Source: an uncultured Myxococcales bacterium
GTDB lineage: Bacteria > Myxococcota_A > Bradymonadia > UBA7976 > VGTA01
Assembly: GCA_937146725.1 (NCBI GenBank)
Contig: CAKZRU010000142.1
Span: forward strand, 17,726-81,725
DNA: 64,000 nt
Direction: 5' to 3'
Shown here: positions 38,653-48,101 of the stretch, one piece after another
Numbering within the stretch: the first letter of the stretch is position 1
How the letters are laid out: each line of letters opens with the position of its first letter
Translations under genes and position numbers: made by a program
Notes under the pieces: generated by a model
What the model saw: the letters and a program-made list of their open reading frames with translations, nothing else
The model's database searches: none
Told to the model about the DNA's origin: nothing

Positions 38653-40530
38653 CTAACCATTGCAAGGGGGTAAAATACAAGCCTTCTCAGGTAAGTTCGC
38701 AGGTGGTGGACGATCATCACAGCTTAAGGCGACCGCAAGATCAGGTGCCCAAGTAAATTCGTTAAACTGAAGCTCACCAACATGCTGGGCAATTCCGCAT
38801 TGATTATAGGTACGTACTTCAGCACTTCTTATCCAGCGAGTTGTTTGGCGATAGAAGATACCAAACTTACCACGTGGAATGAAGCCACTGAAGCTCTGCG
38901 TAATAGAGTCTTGATTAGAGCTTGAAAGAGTTAAGTTTTGAGCAACGTTTTCTGATTCGCTGATAACTTGATTACTTGCTTCACTCTCACTTAAGTTCCA
39001 AGTTCTATTACTGCTAAGGCTTTCACTGTCACTGAGAGACCGGCTAGAACGAGAGCTTAATGCATAGCTGTTATTAATGCTTTGTCCTCGTGCTTCGGTG
39101 CTTGAACTACCAAAAGATCGAGAGTCATTGCTTGAGCCGGAAGATGAGTAACCACGCTCTTGGCGAGTACTTGTAGACATGCCCATTGAATCGCCGGCGC
39201 GTCCACCAGCTTTGACGCCCACTGATGTTGTGACCTTACCGGAAGCCTTTGCTAAAAAGGGAACAGAACCCTCTGCAGAAGCGCTGACAGTATTTTTCCA
39301 ACTACCACTACCGTAAATATCACTCATAGTGTCGGCATACTCGGAGTTGCTTTGGCCTTCACTCATGTTCCAAGCCCAAGATTCGCCATCACTTTCAGAA
39401 AAGTTAATATTATTTGATTCGCTCTGATTATAGTTCACGTTCATTGACTCAGAGATAAACTCTTCCTCAGAAAGACTACTTCCTAAAGTTCGGCTACTTG
39501 TTTGTCCTTCTGAGACGCCTTCTCGCCAGCTGCGATTTAAGCTTTGTCCGGATGAGCGTAACCAATTTTGACTGACAGTAACGCTTACTGTTTTTTGACG
39601 ATACTCTGACTTGGTTTCAGAATATGAAACTCGGGTACTGATACTTCCCGGAATACAACCGCTCACCGGCATGGGTTCATAGCGCTCAGCAACCAAGCGC
39701 TTGCCGTCATATACGATTTCTAGTGGACGATGCACCGTCAAAGGTAGGGCTGTTTCTGCGCTGTTGCCTTCGGCATCATAGGCAATGACCTTGATCGAAG
39801 TGACATAAAACTGCTCACCCTCGGGTACGGGATTAAAGAATAATGGTTCACTTTCACCAATAAAATCCTCGGCGACCGGAGAAGCAAAGTCATGATTAAA
39901 AGTTGTCACACCGGTTACATCGTTAATTTGACCAATTTTATATTCGAAACGAACCGGAGTTAAACCAACAGCTTTAACGCCAAGCCGATAAGCAATGCCC
40001 TGTAAAGCTCTTATCGCAGGAGCACCGCAATCTGCAAAAAGTGGTTGTAGTTCGGTGATTTCAATTGAAGGGCCAACACTGAGTTGAAAGTTTTTAGGCT
40101 GTAGATCGACATAGTTATCACCATTATCATCGGAAACAACCGCACGAATCATGCCGTAAAATTGACCGGGACGTCCGCTGGTAATGAAAGGGTTTTTAAA
40201 GGGTCCAAAGCGACTAATTCTCAGTCTTTGAACATCTTGCCCCTTCCAGTTTACATCAGCCTCAATAATTGGCTGAAATGACATGGAGACTTCTTCACGA
40301 TTTCCACGATCATCGGTAAATACTCCATCAAAGTGAATATAGTTATGCTGATAAATCTCATCAGAGAAGTTTTTACCATAAAGGTATAAGCTTTCCCCCA
40401 CTACAATTTCCTGTTGACCTAACTCAAGAACAATAGGTGCATTTGGATCTCTCTCTTGTTCTGTTGAACAGGCAGTCGTCAGCATAAAGAGTGCAGAAAC
40501 CACAGCAATAAAGATTGAATGATTTTTCAT
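38653..40530 (-). CDS. Lipoprotein with IPT/Ig-like N-terminal domains and a very long aerolysin/ETX-like beta-hairpin region (paralogue A)
   Basis: Lipobox TTAC; VVGESLYLYGKNF (IPT-like); VSYSET...VSASAEGSVPFLAKASGKVTTSVGV...SFSGFIPRG; Cys-rich C-terminus. The ORF is secure but the product is inferred. Confidence 0.7.
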   Translation of the reverse strand: MKNHSIFIAVVSALFMLTTACSTEQERDPNAPIVLELGQQEIVVGESLYLYGKNFSDEIYQHNYIHFDGVFTDDRGNREEVSMSFQPIIEADVNWKGQDVQRLRISRFGPFKNPFITSGRPGQFYGMIRAVVSDDNGDNYVDLQPKNFQLSVGPSIEITELQPLFADCGAPAIRALQGIAYRLGVKAVGLTPVRFEYKIGQINDVTGVTTFNHDFASPVAEDFIGESEPLFFNPVPEGEQFYVTSIKVIAYDAEGNSAETALPLTVHRPLEIVYDGKRLVAERYEPMPVSGCIPGSISTRVSYSETKSEYRQKTVSVTVSQNWLRSSGQSLNRSWREGVSEGQTSSRTLGSSLSEEEFISESMNVNYNQSESNNINFSESDGESWAWNMSEGQSNSEYADTMSDIYGSGSWKNTVSASAEGSVPFLAKASGKVTTSVGVKAGGRAGDSMGMSTSTRQERGYSSSGSSNDSRSFGSSSTEARGQSINNSYALSSRSSRSLSDSESLSSNRTWNLSESEASNQVISESENVAQNLTLSSSNQDSITQSFSGFIPRGKFGIFYRQTTRWIRSAEVRTYNQCGIAQHVGELQFNEFTWAPDLAVALSCDDRPPPANLPEKACILPPCNG

Positions 40531-40548
40531 AGCCTCTTGCTCCTTTTC

Positions 40549-42498
40549 TTATTCGCCACAAGGCGAGATCAAACAACGAGCACTAGGCAAGTTAGATGGA
40601 GGAGGACTCACATCACAGTTTTCACCAATGGCAAGATCTGGTGCCCAGTCCCACTCATTGAATAAAAGCTCACCCATGTGGCTACCGATACCACAGAGGT
40701 CATAACTAATGACTTCTGCGCGCCTAACCCAACGAGTTGTTTGTCGGTAGAAAATACCATAGCGGCCGCGTGGGATATAGCCTGAAAAGCTTTGTGAAAT
40801 CGCTTTAGATTCAGAGCTTACCATAGAGTTGCTAATCGATTCGCTATTGCCAGTACTAGCAACCTCATTGATAGAAGTACTCTCACTAAAGTCCCAAGTA
40901 CGAGTACTGCTCATCCCTTCGGTATTGGTTTCGCTGTTATTTTGAGTTTTACCAAGGGTATAAGTACCATTAAGACTTGAAGTTCGTCCTTCGCTCATGG
41001 CACTCCCAAAACCTCTTGATTCACTGCTACTGCCTGACATGGAATAGCCACGATTGGTGCTAGTGCTTTGACGGGTACCTTCGGTGTTACCACGGCTTGT
41101 ACCAGCGGTCACTCCTACTGTTGTTTCAACAGAACCACTTACTTTGGCAAAGCCTGGTACAGAGCCTTCGCCGCTTACGCCAACACCAACACTACCACTT
41201 GCTTCACCATAAACCGACTGAACCCGACTTTCATATTCATCTTGGCTTTCACCTTCGGACATATTCCAGCCCCAACCCTCACCATCGGTCGTTGAGAAAT
41301 TAACATTGTTAGATTCATTTTGCGTGTAGCTTTCACCAAAGCCTTCGCTTAAGCTCTCATATTCAGAGTTTGAAGCTCCAACGCTTACGCTTCGGCTTTC
41401 ACCAACAGCAATGCCCTCGCTCATGTTCTGTGAAAGAGTACGACCCTCAGAGTTTGACCAACTATTGCTCACGGTCATTGATACGCTTTGCGTACGGGTT
41501 TCTACTGTGCTTTCGCTGTAGCTTACTTGGTTGCCAACACTACCAGGAATACAGCCCGAAACCGGCACGGGTTCATAGCGTTCTGCTAACTCATAGCGGC
41601 CGTCATATTTAACTTCTAAAGGGCGGTGAACACTAATTGGCAGAGCTGTTTCAACAAAGTTACCTTCTTTGTCATAAGCCACAACTCTAATGCCACTTAC
41701 ATAGGATTGTTGATCTTGAGGAATCGCATTAAAGACAATGATCTCAGCGCTTTCGCCCACAGCATCTTCAGCGGTTGGCTGATCAGTATCAAAGTCATGA
41801 ACAAAGCGACTGATTGAATCAACATTGTTGACTTGAGAGAACTCATATTCAAAGCGAACTGCTTGAATACCGGTGGTGCTTACCTTCATCCGATAGGGAA
41901 TACCAGGTAATACGCGCACAGCGGGTGCACCACAATCGGCGTTAAAGGGCTCTAATCTATCAATGATGACCGAAGGATTAACCTGTAGATTGATTCTTTG
42001 TGCTGGGCCTTCCTCTACAGTACCATCATTATGATAATTCATGACCCGAACGGAGCCGGAAAAAGTCCCATGACGAGCATCCCCGGTAAATGGGTTTTTG
42101 AAGGGCCCAAAACGTGACCAGGTCAGAATGTGCCGTCCATCCTCACCAATTTCTTTGCCTCCAAAGAATGGAGTCACGCCAAAATCGACTGCACTGACTC
42201 GGCCAAATTGATCTACAAAACTACCGCTAAAGTATAGACGAGAGCTACCCTCATCTTCTTTTAGAAAGTTACGACCGTAAAACTCTAGGGTCTGACCAAC
42301 AACAACAACCGCTTGTGAAGTAGCTTCAACAACGGGGGCAACCTGGTCGACTTCTTCAACTTCACCGCAACCTGTAAAGCAAGTTAAGCCGGTGAGCAAA
42401 CTTCCACAAATAACAGATTTTAGCCAAGCATTTCCGAGACTTGATGAAATGGCATCACTAAGACCAAGCTGTTTATTTGGTGTTTTTTTAAACAGCAT
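40549..42498 (-). CDS. Lipoprotein with IPT/Ig-like N-terminal domains and a very long aerolysin/ETX-like beta-hairpin region (paralogue B)
   Basis: Lipobox FTGC; GGAGG RBS; shares SRFGPFKNPF, DCGAPA, VHRPLE, AERYEP.PVSGCIPGS, GIFYRQTTRW and WAPDLA with the downstream paralogue. Confidence 0.7.
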   Translation of the reverse strand: MLFKKTPNKQLGLSDAISSSLGNAWLKSVICGSLLTGLTCFTGCGEVEEVDQVAPVVEATSQAVVVVGQTLEFYGRNFLKEDEGSSRLYFSGSFVDQFGRVSAVDFGVTPFFGGKEIGEDGRHILTWSRFGPFKNPFTGDARHGTFSGSVRVMNYHNDGTVEEGPAQRINLQVNPSVIIDRLEPFNADCGAPAVRVLPGIPYRMKVSTTGIQAVRFEYEFSQVNNVDSISRFVHDFDTDQPTAEDAVGESAEIIVFNAIPQDQQSYVSGIRVVAYDKEGNFVETALPISVHRPLEVKYDGRYELAERYEPVPVSGCIPGSVGNQVSYSESTVETRTQSVSMTVSNSWSNSEGRTLSQNMSEGIAVGESRSVSVGASNSEYESLSEGFGESYTQNESNNVNFSTTDGEGWGWNMSEGESQDEYESRVQSVYGEASGSVGVGVSGEGSVPGFAKVSGSVETTVGVTAGTSRGNTEGTRQSTSTNRGYSMSGSSSESRGFGSAMSEGRTSSLNGTYTLGKTQNNSETNTEGMSSTRTWDFSESTSINEVASTGNSESISNSMVSSESKAISQSFSGYIPRGRYGIFYRQTTRWVRRAEVISYDLCGIGSHMGELLFNEWDWAPDLAIGENCDVSPPPSNLPSARCLISPCGE

Positions 42499-42674
42499 AC
42501 AAACCTCCTACCTCTAGATTAGAGAAAATTAAGCTTCTGTTATCTTAACAGAAAAGGCGGTTCAATACTAGTTTAAGTCTAAGATTTTTAAGTCTTTAAT
42601 CTTGATTCTTTTTAATGAGATAAATCGACTTGTGTGGACGATTAAAACGCTTGCTAAAAAGCGAGTACACTCAC

Positions 42675-44861
42675 CTAATGTAACCCATTGATGGTCAAGG
42701 TATAAAACTCATTACAGCTAAAGCTATTGTTACTGAATCCTACAATTTTGACGATATAGGTGCCACTATCATCGTTGCCTAATGGCTCACTCCAAATAAT
42801 TTCTTCATCACTGCCTCGACCGGCAGCACTACTTGCAAGCTCATTACCAGATACACAGTCCTCCTCCGATTGGTATACATAAAGATCAAAATCAACAGAG
42901 CTTGGCACATTGGTCAGTGTAATCGTCAATTCCTCGTTTGTATCGAATGGGTTAATGGGAATATTATCCTCAACCTCAAAACAGAAGTAATCCACATCGG
43001 CAAAATTATCAATCGTAGCGGTTAGAGTGAAGTTTCTTGGGTCAAGCGTTCCAACTAAACGGCAAGAGGCGCAAGAGTTATTAGGCTCAAAGCCGTCAGG
43101 GCGATCATCCACAGACCCATCACAATTCCAGTCTCGCTCAGCGCCACAAGCTTCTGTGCTCGATTCAACACCACCTTCGCAAGCCCCCTCAACCCATTGA
43201 CATGAGCTATTGCAGCTTTTTACTTGAGTACCAAACTCACAAGCACCAACATTAGTTCCACAGGCTACGGTCACGTCCTCACCGGGTGTACATACTCCGC
43301 CACCGGTACAAGGTTCCCAATCCCCCCAGCCACATTGACTTGTACAACGACGGGTTTGTGTGCCACAAAGTCCACATTCACGAGTCTCGACATCCCCAGG
43401 TGAGCAAGAGCCTGCTTGACACTCCCCCCAATCTCCCCAGATACAGTCATTTGAGCATACTCTTGTTTGTGTCTGACAAGCGCCACAGGATTGATCTTGT
43501 GTCTCGCCGGGCGTGCAGACATTACCTGAGTTTTGGCATTCTCCCCAAGTGCCCCATTGACAAATATCGCTGCAGATTCGTTCGCGGGTCTGTCCACAAG
43601 CGCCACAGCTTTCGCTTTGCACTTCATCCGGCATACACACTCCATTCTGCGCTTCACAACCGGTCCATTCACCCCAACCACAGTTATCTGTGCATGTGCG
43701 AGTTCGTTGTCCGCAACCGGATGGGCAATCTTCCATCTCAACTTGTCCGGGGGAACACTCTCCTTCATTGAGACAAGCTTGCCAATCTCCCCACTCACAA
43801 GTCGACACACAAAGACGTCGTTTGGTACCGCATAGTCCACAAGTGCTTTCTTCGGCTTGGCCAGGGTTACATTGGCCACCCATAAGACATTCAGACCATT
43901 CACCCCACTGCGGAGTTTCACAGATTCGGCTGCGTTCACCACATGAGCCACAAAGTTGAATATCTACTCCCTCTTCGGTTGAGCAATTACAATTTTCAGG
44001 AGCATCACACCCCATCCACTGACCATTGATACAACTTTCTGAGCCTGCCCCACACTTATTGTCACAGTCGCGGACAATTTGTTCATCGATTTGCCCATCA
44101 CAGTCATCATCTTGCCCATTACAGACTTCATCGACTGGAATCTGTGCCGAGCAATCGCGATAGCGTCCATCACGGCATATTTCTTGGCCCATTCCACAGC
44201 TCGTTTCACAAGTACGAGTCGCGCCTTCTTGAGGACACATCTCACACTCTTCATCAATGATGCCATCACAATCTTCATCAACGCCAGCCTCTGGGTCCAG
44301 GCAAATCTCACTGCGTGGTCGGCCTGCGGTACACCCAATAAATTGTCCATCGATACAGCGTTCTACGCCTGTCCCACAATCAGTTCGGCATGGACGTTCG
44401 TCTCCATTTTGACAACCTTGACAGCCCTCATCGACTTGGCCATCACAATCCTCATCTATATTGCTTCCACAAATCTCGGTTGTTGGTTGAGCATTGCAAG
44501 CACGCCACACGCCGCCAGAACATAGTTCTTCGCCAGTACCACAAGCAGTTTCACAGCCCCTTTTCATGCCATCCATACATTCATTTTGAAAGCAAGTCCC
44601 CTCAACACAACGGGCATTTTCACCACAATCAGAACTTTGAAAGCAATCTATGCCAGGACTTAAGTCGGGCACCGGTGCAGCATTTTCACAGAGTCCATTG
44701 ATACAAACCTGTCCATTAGAACACTCATCGTTGGAGTCACATAGCGGTGATGGTGATGGTGTTGTACATGCCCACATGAACATATTGATCAAAAAAGCTA
44801 AGCCAAAGACTCTTAAGACTCTTGTCGAGCAAAGGTGCAAGTCTGTTTTACTCTGCTTCAT
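42675..44861 (-). CDS. Cys-rich repeat surface lipoprotein (DxDCDG repeats, six WGxW thrombospondin-like repeats, C-terminal PPC-like domain)
   Basis: Lipobox MWAC; four D-x-(D/N)-CDG-x-x-D motifs; CxPG...CGxCG...RxC...WGxWxxC repeats; DFDLYVY...SGTYIVKI; start moved to ATG 44861 behind AGAGAGG. Confidence 0.8.
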   Translation of the reverse strand: MKQSKTDLHLCSTRVLRVFGLAFLINMFMWACTTPSPSPLCDSNDECSNGQVCINGLCENAAPVPDLSPGIDCFQSSDCGENARCVEGTCFQNECMDGMKRGCETACGTGEELCSGGVWRACNAQPTTEICGSNIDEDCDGQVDEGCQGCQNGDERPCRTDCGTGVERCIDGQFIGCTAGRPRSEICLDPEAGVDEDCDGIIDEECEMCPQEGATRTCETSCGMGQEICRDGRYRDCSAQIPVDEVCNGQDDDCDGQIDEQIVRDCDNKCGAGSESCINGQWMGCDAPENCNCSTEEGVDIQLCGSCGERSRICETPQWGEWSECLMGGQCNPGQAEESTCGLCGTKRRLCVSTCEWGDWQACLNEGECSPGQVEMEDCPSGCGQRTRTCTDNCGWGEWTGCEAQNGVCMPDEVQSESCGACGQTRERICSDICQWGTWGECQNSGNVCTPGETQDQSCGACQTQTRVCSNDCIWGDWGECQAGSCSPGDVETRECGLCGTQTRRCTSQCGWGDWEPCTGGGVCTPGEDVTVACGTNVGACEFGTQVKSCNSSCQWVEGACEGGVESSTEACGAERDWNCDGSVDDRPDGFEPNNSCASCRLVGTLDPRNFTLTATIDNFADVDYFCFEVEDNIPINPFDTNEELTITLTNVPSSVDFDLYVYQSEEDCVSGNELASSAAGRGSDEEIIWSEPLGNDDSGTYIVKIVGFSNNSFSCNEFYTLTINGLH

Positions 44862-45050
44862 TGTCGCAATCCTCTCTAATGTTGTCGAACAAAATCTTTT
44901 GTCGAATGAACTGATCATCATATTTTGGAACAAGTTTATCAAAGCCTTACCCTTACGCAGAATTCAGCATTTGTCTATTGAATGTGATGAGTATAACGAG
45001 ATTATTGATTCTGATCATCTTTATTGAACGATCATTTTACTTTGCACACT

Positions 45051-46052
45051 TTACTTTGCACACATGGCAGCATCATACAAGGTACAGAACCCTTTAGCCG
45101 ATTGTTCTAAAAGGGCATACTTGGCAGGCATACTAGAATGACTTTGAGGAGTTAGAGCCAAACGCCGACTCGCTCTTGATAGTAAAACCCAACGCCATAA
45201 TGCATGATGTTTATCATATTGAATATTATGATTTTGCTTGGAGGGATTCTGATTACTATCGACCAAGCTTCTTGCTCTCTTATTGATAAAAAGTCTATTG
45301 TTTTCGATTGTTGCACTTATCTCATCAAGAGTTAAAGCCTGCTTTTTATGCGTGAATTCCAAGGCTTGATCAACTAACTCTGGCTGATCATTTGCCTGAA
45401 CAATGAGTTCGCTAACCCAAGTGGGTAGGAGTGAGATTAATTCAGCTGCGAGTGCACCACCAACACCACAAATAGTCACAGTCGCCAATTGTGCGTCTTT
45501 GAGTTGCTGCCATAATTGCCAATTTTCATCTGAAAACGAGTGAAACACCTGCTGCGAATTTCTTGTTAAAGGCTCAGACGCATTAACAAAAGCTTCAATA
45601 CCATCACTATGTATTAAGGCTATATCCTCAAGCATATTCGTTTTTTGAAGCGCATTGTATGCTGTGCGCAAAGGAGAAAGCGCAATATCCACTCCAAAGG
45701 CTAAAGGTGCTTTTTGAGAACGAACCAAGAGTAAGGGCAAATGTGCATGATCAGTACCAAGATCAATATTCACTTGGCCAAACTTGTATAAATCCATCAC
45801 ACCTTGTAAGCGTGGCGTTAGGCGCTTGGAAATATTTTTTTTCTTTGCTTTAACTCCAGCCAATTCTTCTAAAGTTTGCTTATAATGCTTTAACCAATCG
45901 TTGCCGTGAAAAGTAAAAATCTCACTGAGCTCATGACTCGAAAGATGAGATTGGGGACGAAGCTGTTGTAGTAGTTCAGTCACTATTCCCAATTCTTGCT
46001 CAGGTAAGTACCAGTTTCCCGAGAGGTCCCTTTGCTCTAGTCGCCAACTCAT
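45051..46052 (-). CDS. trmK: TrmK-like tRNA (adenine22-N1)-methyltransferase with an N-terminal extension
   Basis: LTPRLQ, DLGTDHAHLP, SDG, TICGVGGALAAELI and LIVQAN match TrmK motifs. Confidence 0.72.
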   Translation of the reverse strand: MSWRLEQRDLSGNWYLPEQELGIVTELLQQLRPQSHLSSHELSEIFTFHGNDWLKHYKQTLEELAGVKAKKKNISKRLTPRLQGVMDLYKFGQVNIDLGTDHAHLPLLLVRSQKAPLAFGVDIALSPLRTAYNALQKTNMLEDIALIHSDGIEAFVNASEPLTRNSQQVFHSFSDENWQLWQQLKDAQLATVTICGVGGALAAELISLLPTWVSELIVQANDQPELVDQALEFTHKKQALTLDEISATIENNRLFINKRARSLVDSNQNPSKQNHNIQYDKHHALWRWVLLSRASRRLALTPQSHSSMPAKYALLEQSAKGFCTLYDAAMCAK

Positions 46053-46055
46053 GAC

Positions 46056-48047
46056 TTACTCCTGATCAAAGTTCTCCAAAGCTTGGGCAAGCTCTAGTTC
46101 TGCTTCTTCCCACTCAGTCATAACCGACTCCAATAAAGCCTGTTTATCACTCGCTTCTTTGGCAACTCTAACGACTTCTTCGGGATTATCATAATGATCG
46201 CTTGCACATTGTAATGCTTCAAGTTCAGCAAGTCTTTCCTCAATTCTTTGGATCTCGGCCTCGGCTTTTTCCACTTTTTTCTTGAGAGGTTTAACAATTT
46301 TTGAGCGAGCCTCACGACGTTCCGCATTTCGTCTTCTTTCTTCTTTACGATCTACCTTCTTATGTACAGTTTGGCTCGGCAATGTACTTTGCGTTGGAGC
46401 TACAGCCGACAAAGGAAATGGCATGGGACGTTTTCCTTGTTGCACACACTCTAAATAATGGGAGTAATTACCCAAAAATGGTGTTACTCGGCCGGTATTA
46501 ACTTCCCAAACCTCATCGCAAACCTCATCAATGAAATAACGATCGTGACTAATTAAGACCACCGCGCCTTCATAGGCTCTTAGGGCTTGAGCTAAGACCG
46601 CTCGACTTCCCATGTCTAAGTGATTGGTCGGTTCATCTAAAAGTAATAGGTTTGAAGGCGTGAGTAGCATCTTAACCAAAGCGAGACGATTTTTTTCTCC
46701 ACCACTTAAAACAGCAACTTTCTTTTTGACATCTTCCGCATCAAATAAAAAGGCACCCAAGATACTGCGGATATGCGTAATAGAAGCACCTTCTTGAGCA
46801 CTTTGAGCTTCTTGCAAAACCGTCCATTCTAGGTTTAAAGCTTCGGTTTGATGCTGAGCAAAGTAATAAGGTTTAACCAAGTGCCCTAGCTCTCTAAAGC
46901 CCTTTCGATAGTCGGTAGCACCTGCTAAAAGCTTAAGTAAGGTTGATTTTCCGGCTCCATTAGGGCCAACCAAGGCCAAATGCTGTCCTCTTTCTACTTT
47001 GACATCTAAGCCACGATAAATGACTTGCTCGGTCGAATACCCCTGCTCAATCCCTTCCAAGGTCATCACAGTTCGGCCACATTTAGGTGGTTCAGTCAGT
47101 TGGAAATGAATTGTTTGTGTTTCTTGAACCTCTTGGACAGTCTGCATTTTCTCCAAAAGCTTGACGCGACTTTGTACTTGCTTTGCCTTGCTTGCTTTGT
47201 ATCTAAAGCGTTCAATAAAACGTTCTAAATTAGCGGTTTTTTTAGCCTGGTTTTTTCTTTGCCTTTCCAAGAGTTCGTTTTGTTGCTCTACCTGTCTAAG
47301 ATAGTCTTCAAAATGACCGGTAAATAAGCCAACACCCTCTTGAGTCAATTCGGCAATATGCGTACAGATCTGATTCAAAAACCAACGGTCGTGACTAATA
47401 AGAATTAAACTGCCTTCAAAGGTATTCAAAAAATGCTTAAGCCAACCCACTGATTCTAAATCAAGGTGATTGGTTGGTTCGTCTAACAGAAGTAGGTCAG
47501 GAGACTGAAGTAATAGTCGAGCTAAAACCACACGCATCTGCCAACCACCACTCAGAGTGTCACAGCGGTTATCGAGTTGCTCAACTCTAAATCCTAGGCC
47601 GCAGAGAATCTGTTCAACTTTAGACTCTGCCTCAAAGCCGCCTTCTTGTTCAAAGCGAGCTTGGGCAGTTCCATATACATTCAAAAGCTCGTTATACTCC
47701 AAGCTTTCGGTATTACTCCCATAACTCGCCAATTTAGTCGCTAAAGAATCTACCTCTGCTTTGAGCTTCCACAGTGATGCAAGCCCCTTGCTTGCTTCGC
47801 TTCGTATGCTATTTCCACCAAGTTCAGCAACTTCTTGGGGTAGATAACCAAGCTTTAAACCCTTAATTTGATTCACTTGTCCGTGATCGGGCTCAATCAT
47901 CCCGGCAACTATTTTAATAAGAGTGCTTTTACCGGCGCCATTGGGTCCAATCAGACCAACTCTTTGGCCGGGATTAACCTGCCATTGTACATGTTCAAAT
48001 AAAGTTTGTGGTCCAAAAGATTTACTGAGATCTTGAATCCAAAGCAT
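46056..48047 (-). CDS. ABC-F family ATP-binding protein (YheS/Uup-like)
   Basis: Two GPNGAGKST Walker A motifs, LSGG x2, LDEPTNHLD x2, ISHDR; C-terminal coiled coil; no TM. Confidence 0.95.
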   Translation of the reverse strand: MLWIQDLSKSFGPQTLFEHVQWQVNPGQRVGLIGPNGAGKSTLIKIVAGMIEPDHGQVNQIKGLKLGYLPQEVAELGGNSIRSEASKGLASLWKLKAEVDSLATKLASYGSNTESLEYNELLNVYGTAQARFEQEGGFEAESKVEQILCGLGFRVEQLDNRCDTLSGGWQMRVVLARLLLQSPDLLLLDEPTNHLDLESVGWLKHFLNTFEGSLILISHDRWFLNQICTHIAELTQEGVGLFTGHFEDYLRQVEQQNELLERQRKNQAKKTANLERFIERFRYKASKAKQVQSRVKLLEKMQTVQEVQETQTIHFQLTEPPKCGRTVMTLEGIEQGYSTEQVIYRGLDVKVERGQHLALVGPNGAGKSTLLKLLAGATDYRKGFRELGHLVKPYYFAQHQTEALNLEWTVLQEAQSAQEGASITHIRSILGAFLFDAEDVKKKVAVLSGGEKNRLALVKMLLTPSNLLLLDEPTNHLDMGSRAVLAQALRAYEGAVVLISHDRYFIDEVCDEVWEVNTGRVTPFLGNYSHYLECVQQGKRPMPFPLSAVAPTQSTLPSQTVHKKVDRKEERRRNAERREARSKIVKPLKKKVEKAEAEIQRIEERLAELEALQCASDHYDNPEEVVRVAKEASDKQALLESVMTEWEEAELELAQALENFDQE

Positions 48048-48101
48048 TTGTATATTTCCCCGACCTATTCAAGAATTTGCGTATGTAATTCTAAAGCTGG
48101 A

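Noticed and set aside
38875..41526. Ser-rich tracts as simple disordered linkers or ice-nucleation-type repeats
   Set aside because: There is no fixed-period repeat and no Pro except at the central turn. Strict two-residue alternation and equal lengths in both paralogues argue for an ordered hairpin.
43271..45027. Several long alternative-frame and antisense ORFs over the Cys-rich gene
   Set aside because: They are shadows of a repetitive, codon-biased gene and have no motifs or RBS of their own.
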